From Lama glama (Eukaryota): a DNA stretch of 64,000 nucleotides. The notes beneath the pieces were generated by a model. That model was not told the origin of the DNA, made no database searches, and saw nothing but the letters and a program-made list of their open reading frames with translations. This document shows positions 13,391 through 27,196 of this stretch, piece after piece. Location: contig CM052816.1 of assembly GCA_028534125.1 (NCBI GenBank), positions 31,250,001 through 31,314,000 on the forward strand. Direction: 5' to 3'. The number at the start of each line of letters is the position of its first letter. Position 1 is the first letter of the stretch. The translations under genes were made by a program, and so were the position numbers.

Positions 13391-13567
13391 TATGTAAATC
13401 ATAACCTGATCAATTTTTACAAAGTAAACTTATCTGTGTAACCCACACTTAATATTCAAATATTAGAATATTATCAGCACAGTAAAAGCCTCCTCATACG
13501 CCATCTATCAACTATCACTATTCTACTTTTCTAACATTATAGATACATTCTGCCTATTTTTGAACTG

Positions 13568-13787
13568 CAATTGACCCTTGAACAACACAGGCCTGAGTTG
13601 CATGGTTCCACTTTTAAGCAAATTTGTTTCAATAAATATAGTACTATATGACCCATGGTTGGCTGAATCTAGGGATGCACAAACCAGATATGGAAAGTTA
13701 AATGTAAGGGACTTGAGTATTCGTGGATTCTGGTAACCACAGTGGGTTCTGTAACCAATCCCCCACAGATATCAAGGGACAACTGTA
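13568..13787. mobile_element. Tigger2/MER8-like MITE
   Basis: caattgacccttgaacaac ... gggacaactg TIR-like ends followed by TA. Confidence 0.75.
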
Positions 13788-13789
13788 TA

Positions 13790-14720
13790 TTTAAATGGAA
13801 TCATACAGTATGTAACCAACTGTGTGGCTTTTTCAATTTATCATTATTTTTGTGAGATTCATTTATATTATTATATAATTAATAGTTTACTCATTTTTGT
13901 TATACAGTGTGCCACTGTAGGAATATACCACAATATATTTATCCATTCCACTGTTGACAGAAATTTGGGTTGTTTCCAGTATGGGGCCATTACAATTAGT
14001 ACTGCTAAGAACATTCTTATACAAGTCTTTTCAGTAAACATTCATACACATATCTACTTAGTGCATATCTAGAGCAGAATTACTGGGTCACAGAGAAGTG
14101 ATTTTCAAAGTGATTTTCAATAGATTTTTCAAAGCAATTATAAAAATTTACACTTCAAATAGCAGTACATGTGAGATCCCAAAGGGCCACTCCTTGCCAG
14201 CATTTTGTTATGGTTCTAATTTTAGCCATTCGTATGGGTGTGTGGTGGCATGTCATTATGATATTCATTTGTATTTCCTTGTTGCCTAAGGAGATTAACC
14301 ACCATTTCATATTTATCAACCATTTAGATATCCTTTTTTGTGATGTCTGTTCAAGACTTATGCTCATTTTTTCTCATTGATGTATAGAAATTCTTTATAT
14401 ATATAATATATATAAATATTCTTTATATATATATGACACAGTTCTGTCAATATATACATACTATGGATATCTTCTCCCACTCTGTGACTTGCCTTTTCAT
14501 TCTTCTAGTAATGTTTTTGGAAGAACCTAGGTTTAAATTTCAGTATAATCCAACCTATAAGCTTTTTTCCTTAATGGTTAATCTTTTTGTGTGTATGTCC
14601 AATTTAAGAAATTTTTGCCTACAGCAAAGTCAAAAAGATACTTTCCCAGAAGAAAACAAAAGCTTCACTATTTTACTTTTCATGTTTGGACCAAATCTAT
14701 CTGGAATTAATTTTTAATTG
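13790..14720 (-). mobile_element. Old L1M fragment
   Basis: Minus ORF 14155-14367 (...HHTPIRMAKI...KCWQGV) is a degenerate L1 ORF2 C-terminus. Confidence 0.75.
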
Positions 14721-15079
14721 AAGTGAAGTGATCTTTCTTAATTTAAAGTCATTATTAAATCTGTTAATCAGAATAAAGTTTCCAGTATGCCTTTATTTTT
14801 CCATGTTTACTTTTTCCAGATCCACTGGTTTGATTACCCATATACTGTAGTCATTCTTTTTTAATCATCAGAAGATGACTATCTTGGTGAAAATGCTATC
14901 TAAATAGTTTCCCTTCCATTATGTATTTTTATGAAGGATCAGTGGAACCCACTGAATGTGAAGACTATACTGGACAAAGAAAAAAAGTTCATGGTAGCAC
15001 TGAAGGTGCCAGTGGTGAACTAAAGAGTGCAAAAAAAAAAAAAGAAAGAAAGAAAAAAGAAAAGCTATGTATACAGGCA

Positions 15080-15290
15080 GTATAGCAAAGTGGTGAGGAA
15101 ACCAGAAAGACTTGACTTCAAATTCCGACTTGGCTGCTACCTACATATGTGAGCCTAAGTATCACTTAACTCCTCTAAATATCAGAACTATAAAATAGTT
15201 ACACAACTATCTACCTTTCTAGATTATCCAAAAGATTTAGTTAAATAATTTAGATAAAGCACCCTACATAGTGCCAAAAACACACCTACT
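15080..15290 (+). mobile_element. MIR SINE
   Basis: MIR core-like ttcaaattcc...cacttaactcctct. Further MIR copies lie near 16270-16500, 17350-17600, 18450-18660, 35570-35790, 49010-49230, 54430-54620 and 62920-63140. Confidence 0.6.
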
Positions 15291-18200
15291 AAACCAAAGC
15301 CAGTACCCTTATTTATCTGTTCAAAACATATGATTATAAAATTAAAACAGAAATAGAAAATTCTACTTCTGCTAGTGATCATTGATATAAAGGCAAGTAC
15401 ACTGAGGTTGCCAAATCTTTGTGATTTGCTTATTAGCTTAGAAATAAAAAATGTCAATACTTAAACCACAAGAATACCACTTATGAAAAATGTAAATTTT
15501 TTTAAAAAGTAGCTTGCAGCAAAATGTCATAATAACTACATGTTCTTAACTTAAGGAAAAGAATTCTTAAGATTGAAGGCATTGAAATGCTAAGTTGGGT
15601 AAAAAAAATGAGATAAAAAACTCTCTTCAAAAAACTCTCCATTAATTTTCTTCTGAGTTAGCAAGAATTATTTAACATAATTAGAATCTAGAGCCCCAAG
15701 GTAGATATACACTACTGATGTTACATGGACAAGCCCAATATTAAACTAATAATCTACAAACTGAAGTAAAGAAATTAAGAAAAATTAATGGGCCTTGGGG
15801 GTTCTGACCATAACAACCAAAAAATAATAAAGTTGCTGTTGCATTATATTTCACAAAGAGAAAGATAAAAAGAGCAAAGAACTATAAGTGACATGGTAAA
15901 CAGCACCCTACTATGTTTCATTTTTTAAAACAATAAAAGTTTAAAGTCAATTTCAATATAACTGTTATCTACTAAATAGCTACTCATTAATCTCTGGCCT
16001 TGGGGATTCAAAGGCTGATGGGAGAAAAATTATTTTTAATTTACTAAGAATCATATTTTAAGTTTTCCTTCATGTTAATAATTACATCATTTTCCAAAAA
16101 TAAATATAAAAGATAGAGACATTACAAAAAAATGCCACATCTACATATAAAGAGTCTCCCTTCCTTGTGCCCTTCTATCAACAGAACTTTCTCGTGTTTC
16201 TCTTTATCTTTAATTACAAATCTATATTCTTGGGCCATAAAGGATAACAGGAGTCTATTATGAGGCAGCTGAGTACTTAAGATTCCTTAGCACCCTATTA
16301 AAATTCCAGCTTAGCCTCTAACTATGAAATCAAGGGCAAGTTACTTAACTCTAAGCCTCAGTTTCTTCAGTTGGGCACAATAATAACTCTATGCCACAGA
16401 GTTGGTTTTGGTGCTTAAATTAATAAATATAAAGGGCTTACAACAGTATCTCACCAAAAAAAAAATAAAGTACTCGATAAGTTAAATGTTAGCTAGTATT
16501 ATAATACTATACACAGATGAAGAAATAAAAATGTGCACTAGGTAAAATAAATGCCACAAAATATCCTTAAGCAATATCACTTATTTGGCAGACACCCCCC
16601 CGCCCCCACCTTTAGAGTTTCTAGGTAAAAAAAATGTATGCTTTTGTCTAGGTTTGGGGACTTATGTTAAATTTCAGGAGGAACTGATCCTACTGTTTCT
16701 AATCTATAGTATTAAATAAAATACATAAATGTTAAATTGACATGTTATAAGACAGGAAAGTTTTAAGCCCAAGAATAGGAGGTATAAACTTAAGAATATG
16801 CCAAGAGATCTTAAAAAAATGTTTTTCAGTCAGCAAAATGTTCTAGACAGATACTGGTTTAGCTTAGGAATTTAAAAATACCACTAAAAATGTACTAGTA
16901 GAGCTGAATTTAAAATCAGATCAATTACCTTTGAAAAACAACTGTGAATGTAGCCTAGATAAAGTCTCCAACATGGATTGTTAAATGTAGTATGTAATGT
17001 AATATTCAGAATCTTTAAACTATGGTGTGTAAATAGCACTTGACTCAGCATATGACTGGATTCTGAACTGCACTTCCACTAAACCTGACCTGGAAACTAA
17101 TGTGCCAATGATGACTGACATTTTTCTATCAGTAAAAATAGAGACATTTATTGTGCACTTACTATGTACTGGTTAGACATATTAAACCCTCGACTTTAAT
17201 ATGAAAAATTTAAGAGTTGATTAAAGGACTATCTATCATCTATATTCATGTCATAATAATTCCTTAACAGTTCAGATTAATGATTCTTTTTGTGTAATTT
17301 ATTTCTATTTAAAAAATAAAATTAAAAAAATTTTAAAGGTTAACGATGATAATACTTAGTACTTACTGAGTTTTATGCTATTATGGCATTGCTATTGTTC
17401 CAAGTGCTTTAAATAAATTATTTTATTTAATCCTTTACAGTAATCCCATAAGGCAGGTACTTTTATTATCAACCATCTGTGGAAGAGTACTTAAAGCAAG
17501 AAGTTAACTAACTACTAGCACAGTTAGGGAGGAGAGTCCCCATCAAAGTCCAGAAAGTCTCACTGCAGAATTCACATTCTTATTCACTAGGCATACTCCT
17601 TCCAACAACAACAAAAATGGCCCTTTATTTTTAATGTAGTAAGAAGTGATTATTTAGAGAACTTGGAAAATACAGAAAAATATAAAGCAAAAATATTAAC
17701 TTTCCATTTTTCTATCACCCACATTAACACAGTATTATGCAAAGCAAAGACTGCTTGTACTACAGGAAACTTAATTACATTGTAGTCGCTCTTATTAAAA
17801 AGAGAAATTTTTAACACTGGTAACATAGTTATGGTGGAGAGCGCAGAATTTTCCAAAAATGATTACCTGGAAAACAAATGAACTGGGCCAGGGCTCCCTC
17901 TCTGTCTAGCAGGAGGAACTGTACCAGAAGTTATCTCCATAGGACCAGGGGTTTATCCTACCCAATCCCCCAACAGAGGAGCTGAAACTTCCCACAGTCC
18001 TAAAGAGCTGGTTGGCTAATCTTCCCAGACAATTCTTAAAAACAGGTGGCACCTACACCTGTATAACTCAAAGATTAAGTAATCTGTTTGTCACTCCACT
18101 GACAGATGTTTTCAACAAAGACGACCCTTATAGTAAAAGAGAACAATGATGTGGGGTGGCACACTAGTCTGTGTTTAGTAATATCTGCCTCAGCATAGCC

Positions 18201-20359
18201 TCCTATGCAACAGTGGGAAGATCAGGGGGTCTTCAGTTAAGTATTCTTGGTTTACAAGTTTCCCCAATTAAGCCTATTCTTTTCGCATAATTCTATCACA
18301 ATGCAGAATCCCTAAGCCATCAAAGAACATATAGTATAAAAAGATTCACAAATTCATGTAAAAATGAAAAACAAAAGGAATTCTTTACCCAATTCAGTTT
18401 GTATACTAATGAAATAATACTTCAGAATGCCTTCCTTACAAGTATATGCTTAAACAATAATGTTAGCTAAAAACCACTGACTATTACATGTCAGTCATTT
18501 AGTGACAGGATTCATGTACACTAACCTTTTTTAATGCTTTCACATACTCTATGAGTTGATATTATTATTATCACCCCCATTTTGCAGATGAGCAAAGTTA
18601 GAGACAAAGAGGTTAAATAACTTGCCCAAAGTTATAGAGCCAGTACAAAGCAGAGCCTGAATGATTTTAACCGCCACTAGCTTGCCTTAATTCACTGATA
18701 TTTCCAACAACTCATGAGGTCTATAGGCAGCATATTGAAACAAGAGTACTTTACAGGTGAAAAAATTCAAGATCTATGAAGATTAAGTGACTTGCGCAAT
18801 ACCATACTAAATTAACATTAGTAATCATAAGTACAATAACTTCACAACAGCTAGTCTAACACTCTGGTCTGTAGTACTGACAAATCCTATACATAAGAGC
18901 TCTTGTTTATATACATATTCTAATACCATGGTAAAAATATATCTTTCTAAATCTAAAGAAAAGCTTAGCTGTTAGTTCTCAATTTTTTCCTAACTATTGC
19001 TGAACAAGACTACTGCTGATGTAACTGCTACATGTGACACAGAAAACTATTACAAAATTTGGAATTATCTAGTGAACTTTGATGCCTCCATTATCATCCT
19101 AGCATACTAAATTAATTGGACAATACAACTGCTTATAAATAACTCAAACAACCAATGTTAATATTTAATGAACTTCCATTCTCACTCTGTAAATATTTTA
19201 ACACTTTCAATCAAGATACACGACAACAGAAGGGACTTCGAAAAAGGCTAGGTATCAACTCTGAAATTGGCTTATACTGCAGTCAATACCACACTAAAAT
19301 AGTACACATCAGAAACAAAAATAGATCATCTTTTTTCCCTACTAACAAAGAATTAAAAGAAACAAAGAAAACAGAAGCTGATTATTCAATTTGGTGACAT
19401 ACTGGTATAAATCCCATATGTAATTTACTAACAATGCCTTCTCTCAGATTGTATACAAGATAAAAAATGAAATCAAATCTGGGACAAGATATGCATACCT
19501 TAGAAACACGAAATCTTTGCATAAAAATATATGCTTATGATGATCATTTAAATTGTATCATTTTTAATATTCAAGAAATCAAAATTAAACAGGTGTTTAG
19601 TCATTACATGTTGATGTTTATTACATTTTCTCAATTCATTATCTAAAGAAAATACAAAACCAAGAGAATTTGATCTAACCTCTCTTGATTTATATTTTCC
19701 ACTTTTACTTATATTACACTTGCCTTTCTCAAAACTAGAGGGTGGACAATTCCAAGAAAATCAGTTCTAAATAAGCTCTGAATAGCTGTTTCATGAAACA
19801 GAAGCAGAAACAGTAACTCCCTTCCATCTTTGTTCACTAAACCAATGTTTTTAAAGTGACTGACACACACGCTCAGCACTCCCTCTTAAGTATTTAGTGA
19901 TCTGTAATAATCACAGGGGAAAGACAGCAACTATAGCACTTCCAATATATTCAAGGTAGTGACAGAATTCATCCCTGCAAGGTAAATTACAGAAAGTTTT
20001 TTTTTTTGTGTGTGTGTGATATGATAGATCAACATGTGATAACTCAATAGGCGCTTCTTGTAAAAACAGCTCAAACCCACATTAGTAATGGGAAGATGAC
20101 ACAATCCTCCTGAAATTCTTCTCTCTGTATCTTACCTAATATCAAGACAAATTACCAACATTTCAAACAGTAACGGCTAAAACATTCTGTAAAACATAAG
20201 ACATAGTTTCCACTTCCCACAAATACATGACAAATAGAATTTACTTCAGGGAAGACATAGGATTATTTGTTTTTTGACAACTCTTCATATAATTCCCTTC
20301 TGAGATATAACAATCATGCTATCATAACCATTAAGATCAGCAACAGCAAAATAATAATC

Positions 20360-23000
20360 AATAATGGGAGAATAATCCAAGTAGAAGGATCAGCAAGAAC
20401 ACAGGCTGAGGTAAAAGCATGCCTGGTGTACCTGAGGAATAAGGAAGGCCAGTGCGGGTGGAGCAAAGGGGAAAAGGGGAGAAAATGGACAGAGGTGAGT
20501 AAGAGATAAGCAGCCGGTATGGGGAGGGGAGCCAGGTCATGTGAAGCCTCATGGGTCATTTATAAGGAATTTGGCTTTTACTGTGAGTGAGAAGGGAAAC
20601 CACTGAAGAATTCAGAATGGAAGAGTGTAAAATGTAACGTATTTCAATAGTATTGCTGTTTTACTGAGAAAAGGCAAAAAAGGAAAAGGCGGCGAAAGCA
20701 GGAAGACCAGTCAGAAAACTACTAAAATAATCCAGGCAAGAGCTGACGGTGGCTTGGACCAATGTGGAGGCAGGGCAGACAGTAGTAAGCAGATTCTGTA
20801 TAATCAACAGGATTTATCAAAGAAGGTATCAGACAGACCAAGAAACTAAAATGAAGCAACTAAAGTAGTAGGATGAAAACTGAACAAGTAAGGTGTCCCA
20901 GAAGCCAAGTGAAGAAAATATTTCACGAAGAAGACAGTAATAAACAATCTTAATCAAATAAAGAAAGACTGATGAGAACATTTGGATTCAATGACACACA
21001 GTTGAGCTGAAAAACCTGACTGGAGTGTGTTCCAGAAAAAAAGGGAGAAGAAAAACTAAAGATATTGTGTACAGACAACTTTTGCAAAGAAATGAGGCAG
21101 TGGCTGGAGAAGGAAACAGGGACAGGATTTTTCCCTCCTTTTTTTTGGATGCAAGAACATATTATAGGCTAGTGGGAATGATCTAAAAGAGAGGAAAAAT
21201 GATACATGAGAGAGAAATGCTAGAGCAATGAGGAGGAGAAAACTAGTAATTAAGTGGGTGAGTTGGCCTCAGCTAGGAGCAAGGGTCATCCACTTCTCAA
21301 AGAAGGGAGTAGAGCAAGGACACAGATGCAGAGTCTGATTCCTTCTGACTCCCTAGTGAACTAGGAAGCAACATGCTAGAACCGCTAGGGGTTACAGGAG
21401 AATGTATCAGCAGCTGTCTAGAAGTATGGGAGAGTAAAATGACCAAGGAAATATGACACGATTATTGGGTAGCATTAAGGACTAAATGAGGTTAGGGATC
21501 ATGAATTTAAAGTGAAGCCTGCATGTATGGTTATCTTTTTTTTCCCTCTAAGTATGTTTAGACATGTGAATACAAGCAAAGAGTTGAGTATATACAAGCA
21601 TATGATTATCATGACTGACCATGGAATTTAAGCAAGGCAAGGAAAGTAAGACATAAGGAGGATCAGGAACAGCGAGAAAATGACAGATTTAAGACTGAAG
21701 GTCCCAAAGAGACACTGAAGAGATATAATGAACATAGGAAGAGAATAGAGAATCTGGATATAAACATGTCTATTTTTCTAAGACTGCCATGCATCTATTA
21801 ATAAACGGATTGAACAGTCAAAAATGTATAACTATAGCTATAAAAGTATCAGTAAACATTTTTATCCTTAAAAAAAATTTAAAAAGAAGACTGAAGTCCC
21901 AACAGGCTCAAAGAACTGTTGGAGTAATATAAATCATGATATGAAAAGATAAGAGATGGTAGAGAGTGGAAGCTGAAATTGAGATGATGGAGGGATTGAA
22001 GTTTAAATAAAGACAATGTCAAAGAAATGAGAAAATTCCAAAAGAAAATTCCAGTTTTGACAATACCAGTGTACTGAATGAATTATTCACATTAAGACTG
22101 AAATAACCAAGAATTATAACACAAGTAGTACTACGTGAATGTCACTGAACTAGGAACTAAAATCTGTTAGACAATTCTGCATGGGCCTTCCATTTCTGCA
22201 TATCATGGGAACAGACGTAGTGACTGCCTTTATTGTGGACTGTCTTGCCAAGTAAGCTTGTATAGCCAACAGCTTTGGAAACCAGATAGTGTTTCCCTCC
22301 AAAGCAAAGGGTAGGTTTATCTACACCCTTGGAAGATATTCTCTTCCTCCAGGACATGGGCAGACATGCTAAGTGTCCATTATAAAAGATTCCAGTTCCC
22401 TAAGCTTGGGCTTCCTCTCCTATAATGCAATCCACTGTGCATGCTGGTCTTCCTGTACCTTACCAAGTCACACTTTAGGAACTAGGACTTGAGTAACTAG
22501 TGTAAGCAAATGCTGTCACTTTGGTTATTGCTTTTACTGTTAGTAATGAAGTTCTTTGTTTCTGGCCCAGAAAGCTTCTTTCGCCAGCATCCATAAACTG
22601 TGGTAGTTAACGTGTTAGCTTGCAAGTCGACTAAATTCTCAGACCACTGGAAGTTTTTTATCTCCAATGAATGGGAGGTGAGAATGAGAGATTACTGCAA
22701 CAGGATGGGTAGAAGGTGGCATAGTCTGAAAACATGAGATAAACTTTGGAGATGTTTTAGAAGAGAAAAAGGTCTGGAAAAAGTAATGAAAAGCAAAGAG
22801 AACATCCTCCAGGTTCAATGACATGAAGAAAGCAGGAGAGAAAACTGCTACTACCTGACAGGGTGGCAGGTAGTGTCATCAGGCAACCCAGATTTAACTG
22901 AGAGTAAAAAGCTGAAGGTAACAGTAATAAAAGAGGTTGAAGGTAAGGAGGAATTTGCTGATGACTGACTTTGAGTTTCAGGGACATTATGAAAGTGTTA
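20360..23000 (-). mobile_element. Long degenerate L2 LINE, interrupted by LTR insertion
   Basis: Purine-rich reverse-L2 motifs (aaggaaggccagtg, ttggcttttactgtgagtgaga, aataatccaggcaagag). Confidence 0.65.
22165..22650 (+). mobile_element. Solo LTR (old ERV/ERVL class)
   Basis: tgttagacaattctgcatggg opening and internal TATAAAA at 22381; family not assigned. Confidence 0.6.
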
Positions 23001-23021
23001 GAGCAGGCAGATAGCTAGATA

Positions 23022-23650
23022 TGAGCATACAAAGGGGGACACAGACCAAATGGCAGGAATTGGGCAGAAAGGAGGGGCACAGGCCAAATGCAAGAAACCA
23101 CACATCATGTAAGCAGCAGGGGTCCTTAGGTAGAGAAACAAAAGGAGGAACCTTGGGGCTGATAAGGGATCATGCCTTTTGGGATGACAAGTGGCCTGGA
23201 GAAGAACAAAGAAAGGTGAAAAGGCAGGAATTTCTAGTGTCCGAATGTGACCTTTTGCTCATTATGCCCTCATTTCAATAAAATTAGCCTTGCAGATCAG
23301 AAGTACCCATCATGCACCGATGCCATGACACTTCCGATCCAGACTAAATAAGGACAAAAATGCCTCCTCCCTTCAGGAAGGTGGAGTTGGGATGATAATC
23401 AGGGAATACGACCCCAAACCCTTCCCCCCCAATGAATATTCCGCCCGTTCATTTTTACACCCTATGTAACTAACTTGCCAAAGAAACTCAGGGCAGCTGC
23501 TCACCTGAGCCTGCCCACTCTCCCCTGAGAGAGTACTATCCATCCTTTAATAAATGCTCACTTTACCTTTTTTAACCTCTAAGTCTTGTCTCTGAATTCT
23601 TTCTGGGACAGGACAAGAACCTGGAACACCAGTTGCATCTATCGGCAACA
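23022..23650 (+). mobile_element. Solo ERV LTR, relatively well preserved
   Basis: AATAAA at 23549-23554; U5-like ctgaattctttctgggacaggacaagaacc; terminal CA at 23650; left boundary uncertain. Confidence 0.65.
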
Positions 23651-23980
23651 AAGATTTTCAGGAGACAGAAAGGGGTGGGTTTGGGAGGTTAGATATGGAT
23701 ACACATGGTAAAAACCCATGAGTGTTGGGCTTCTTGTGGTGAGTTATATGAACAAGAAAAAGGGCATGAGAAAATTACTTGTGATTAGTCTTAATCAGAT
23801 TAAATTAGTCTATGTGCTTCTACAACCGTCATTCCTCTTTTACCCACCCAATATCTACTATGGAACTTTATTTCTTACCAAACAAAACATTATTTTAGAA
23901 AATGCAGAACACAGAAAGTTTTAAAAAATAGAAATGCCAAAATTGTTATTTAAGACAATAAGAAGCAAGTGTTAACTTAC

Positions 23981-24092
23981 CTGAATTAGATCTAAAATGC
24001 CAAGTTCACTTTCAGAAGAATCCACACAGAAGACAAAATATAATGTTGCATAATGTCTATAAATCAGTTTGTTGTCAGATCCTCCAATTAAT
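23981..24092 (-). CDS. AP3S1: AP-3 complex subunit sigma-1, coding exon 3 (LIGGSDNKLIYRHYATLYFVFCVDSSESELGILDLIQ)
   Basis: 112 nt, TAG acceptor, GTAAGT donor; YRHYATLYF sigma-adaptin motif; phase matches exons 2 and 4. Confidence 0.98.
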
Positions 24093-27000
24093 CTAAATGA
24101 CAAAACAAAACAATTGGAATGTTACAGAAGCAAAATGAAAAACATTTTCATTAGCTCAAGCAAACTGACAATTTGTTTAAAATCCTCTATAAAATGAAAG
24201 GTAACATTTAATGACATAGAACTCAAGTGAACTAGATGTTTGCTTTTCTCAGAGAAGTCAAGTGAAAGATGCTGGTGCTTAATTTTAGTTTATTCAGTCA
24301 TTCAATTATCTAATGAGTACCTACTATGTGTCAGGCATGGAGAGTGGGTAAGGAGCAATAAACAAATGAGAAAAAATGATGAGCGGAAGGCACTACATAC
24401 AGAATCACATAGGATGATGCAACATTGATGGATTTGCTATTTCCAACTGAGTGTTAAGAAAAGAGTAGATGCCCAGGCTGACGTCTAAGGGTAAGGAGCC
24501 TGCTATGAAAAAATTTAGAGAAGAGCATTTCAGGCAAAGCTAACAACTAATAAAAAGGCCATTTTATCAAGAACAAAATATCTATGTTTAAAAGAGAAAA
24601 AGAAGGCCTGCGACCAACAATAGATTAGTAAGTGATTAGATCAGAAAAGCAGGCAGAAATGAGATCATAGGGCATTTCTAAGTGCTTACTAGATTTAACT
24701 CTGTAGGTCACAGTAAGTTACACAGTGTAAGACTGATTATCAACTAGGAAAAAAAAAAAAGAATGACATTTCTTCTTAAGTTTTGGAGAGATTTACCATC
24801 AAGATGTCCTCCAAAAATACACTTTGTTTTGGAATATAAATGCAAGAAAACTGAGCTGAGAGATACTCCATTCTTTCACCAGATAATATTAGATTGATAG
24901 GTATTTCAGCATTTTAAAAACAATAATTTAGGAATCATTCCAAACACCTTCTATTTTTCTAAATATAACCTAGCTTTCCATAGTTACAACAATTAATTCA
25001 CCTTCTCAAAAGACCCTTTAACACTAACACAATATAAAAATCAAGGCTAAAAGTAACCAAAGCTTACTGAACATTCAAACAAGACACACAGGAAAATAGC
25101 ATCTATTTCTTACTCAGTAAAAGTAACACTAAATTTAACAAGTTTTGCAGAAACAACTTCTCCAAATTCTCATTATTTTTTATTACTCTATATTCTCTAA
25201 TTGCAAAAGTGAAAATGATCTTTGACAAGAATTAAAAACTCCTACTATCTAGAATAGATAATTAAAAATATGTGCACGCACTCCAAGATTCTTGGACTTG
25301 TATTTATAGACTATCAATGCAACTGTTCCTTGAAAGGGACAAAAAGAGCACAAACAGCAGGCTTTACTTCATCCTGAATCTGCAATTTAGTGATTATCTT
25401 TAACTTTTGTTTGGCTCTACTTTAGAAGACCAAACTTTTGAAAATAATAAGCTTCAAAATGGCTACTAAAGTTATTAAAAGAAAGCAAAGATATTAATAT
25501 AAATACAAATTTTGCTGTTATTTCATCTTTAAACTACAGTATAATGGTGAGTCAAATTCTTTCATAGAATTCAATACACGACATAAAAACCACAGGATTT
25601 TAGGAATCCTCGTAATCTAAATATCTTATTTATCATAAGAGAGAAACTGAGATACAAAGATTTTAACTGATGTGACCAAGAAAATCTGATTGCTAGTAAC
25701 AAAACCAGGACTAAACCAGATGTGTAGCCTCATCTCTAATGCAATATTTGCTTTCTACCTTTTATAAGGTTGGAAAAGAAAAATCACAAATTCAAGTCAT
25801 AATTTCCAGCTCAAACAATGCCCTGATTACAATAATCAGGTTCCTACACATCTACCATATGCAGTGCACTGCGCTGGGTGACGCATTTCCTATGAGATTA
25901 GATTAAGAGGCTGAGATGAAGGAAAATGATGATACTGGCAAACACAACTAAACACCGAAGTTTAAAAGAAATAAGTAAAATATAATAAAAATACTAAACA
26001 AAGCTGGTACTCCTGTCTCAACTATTAAACTGGAGGCCTTCAGTTAACAGCAAAATTCACAAATCATAGGCTTGTATTTGCGAATTTAAGTGCAACATGA
26101 TACAACCTTTTAAGAAATGCAAGTAAACTTTCTACATGATAAAAAGTAATTTATGGTTAGGTAAGAATGAATTCTCTATTATCTAACTATTTTTCATAAT
26201 ATGCATCATACACCTTAAAAATACAGAAAAGTATAGGTTTCTCTAACTAATCTATAATTATTCATAATGAGGTTCAGCTAAAGTTTAGTTTTTGAATTGT
26301 CAATGAGGAAATATCTCATTAAGAAATTAAACATAAAAGATGAGAGGGACCATTTATGAAACTATTTGAGAACAAACTGATTTCATGAAACCCATTAATT
26401 TAAAAGTACTTGTTTATAATAGCTGGCAAACTATAAGCAATTCTTATTTATTCATTTTAAAAACAGAAAAAAGTCTATTAGCTGAATTTGAACTACCTAA
26501 CCTATCTATCTGTATAAATACATCACTTATTTGAAAAGCAGAGTTCACTTTTGTTTATAATAATAAAAGAAGCTATCTAAGTTTTGAAGAACAGGTCCAT
26601 TCACCCTAAGGAATACTCTGTAGTTATTAAAAAGAATAACACTGCTCTAGATATGCTTATATGCCAAGCTTTTCAAAATGTAAGTGCAAACAAGCAACAC
26701 GAAAACCAGCATACATGTATGACCCCGTATGTAAAAATTTTTAAGGTTATACTTTTGTATGTTAGTGTAACATTAGTTTTCTAGAAGGATATACAAGAAA
26801 CCAGGAAGAAGGACTAAAGCTGGAGGAGGAAGACAGTTTCCATTTTGTACTTCCCAGGAATGTCTGAATTTCTGCCATATGAACATATTATCTCTATATA
26901 AAATGCTTTTATAAAATTTTTAAAAAGAAAAAGATTGCATATCTTCAAAAATTATTTAAGTTTGATTTATAGCTAATGTAAGGGGCAATTAATTCACCTG

Positions 27001-27104
27001 ATCCAATTAATCAAATTAAGAAACTTTACAATAAACTGATCAAACAGTATGTATTTTAATCATACAGTCAAAGATTAGAAATGTCCATGAAATGCTTTAC
27101 TTAC

Positions 27105-27196
27105 AATCCTCCTTCTAGGAAATTACAAACATTTTCATCTCTCTTAGATACCAAATGGAATGTCTCCCTGATGATTTGCTGTTGTGTATCTTCACT
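27105..27196 (-). CDS. AP3S1: AP-3 complex subunit sigma-1, coding exon 2 (SEDTQQQIIRETFHLVSKRDENVCNFLEGG)
   Basis: 92 nt, CAG acceptor, GTAAGT donor, in frame with exon 1. Confidence 0.98.

Noticed and set aside
14921..15085. Short ORF ending in an A-rich tract, as a possible retrocopy
   Set aside because: No recognisable parent protein and no TSD found.
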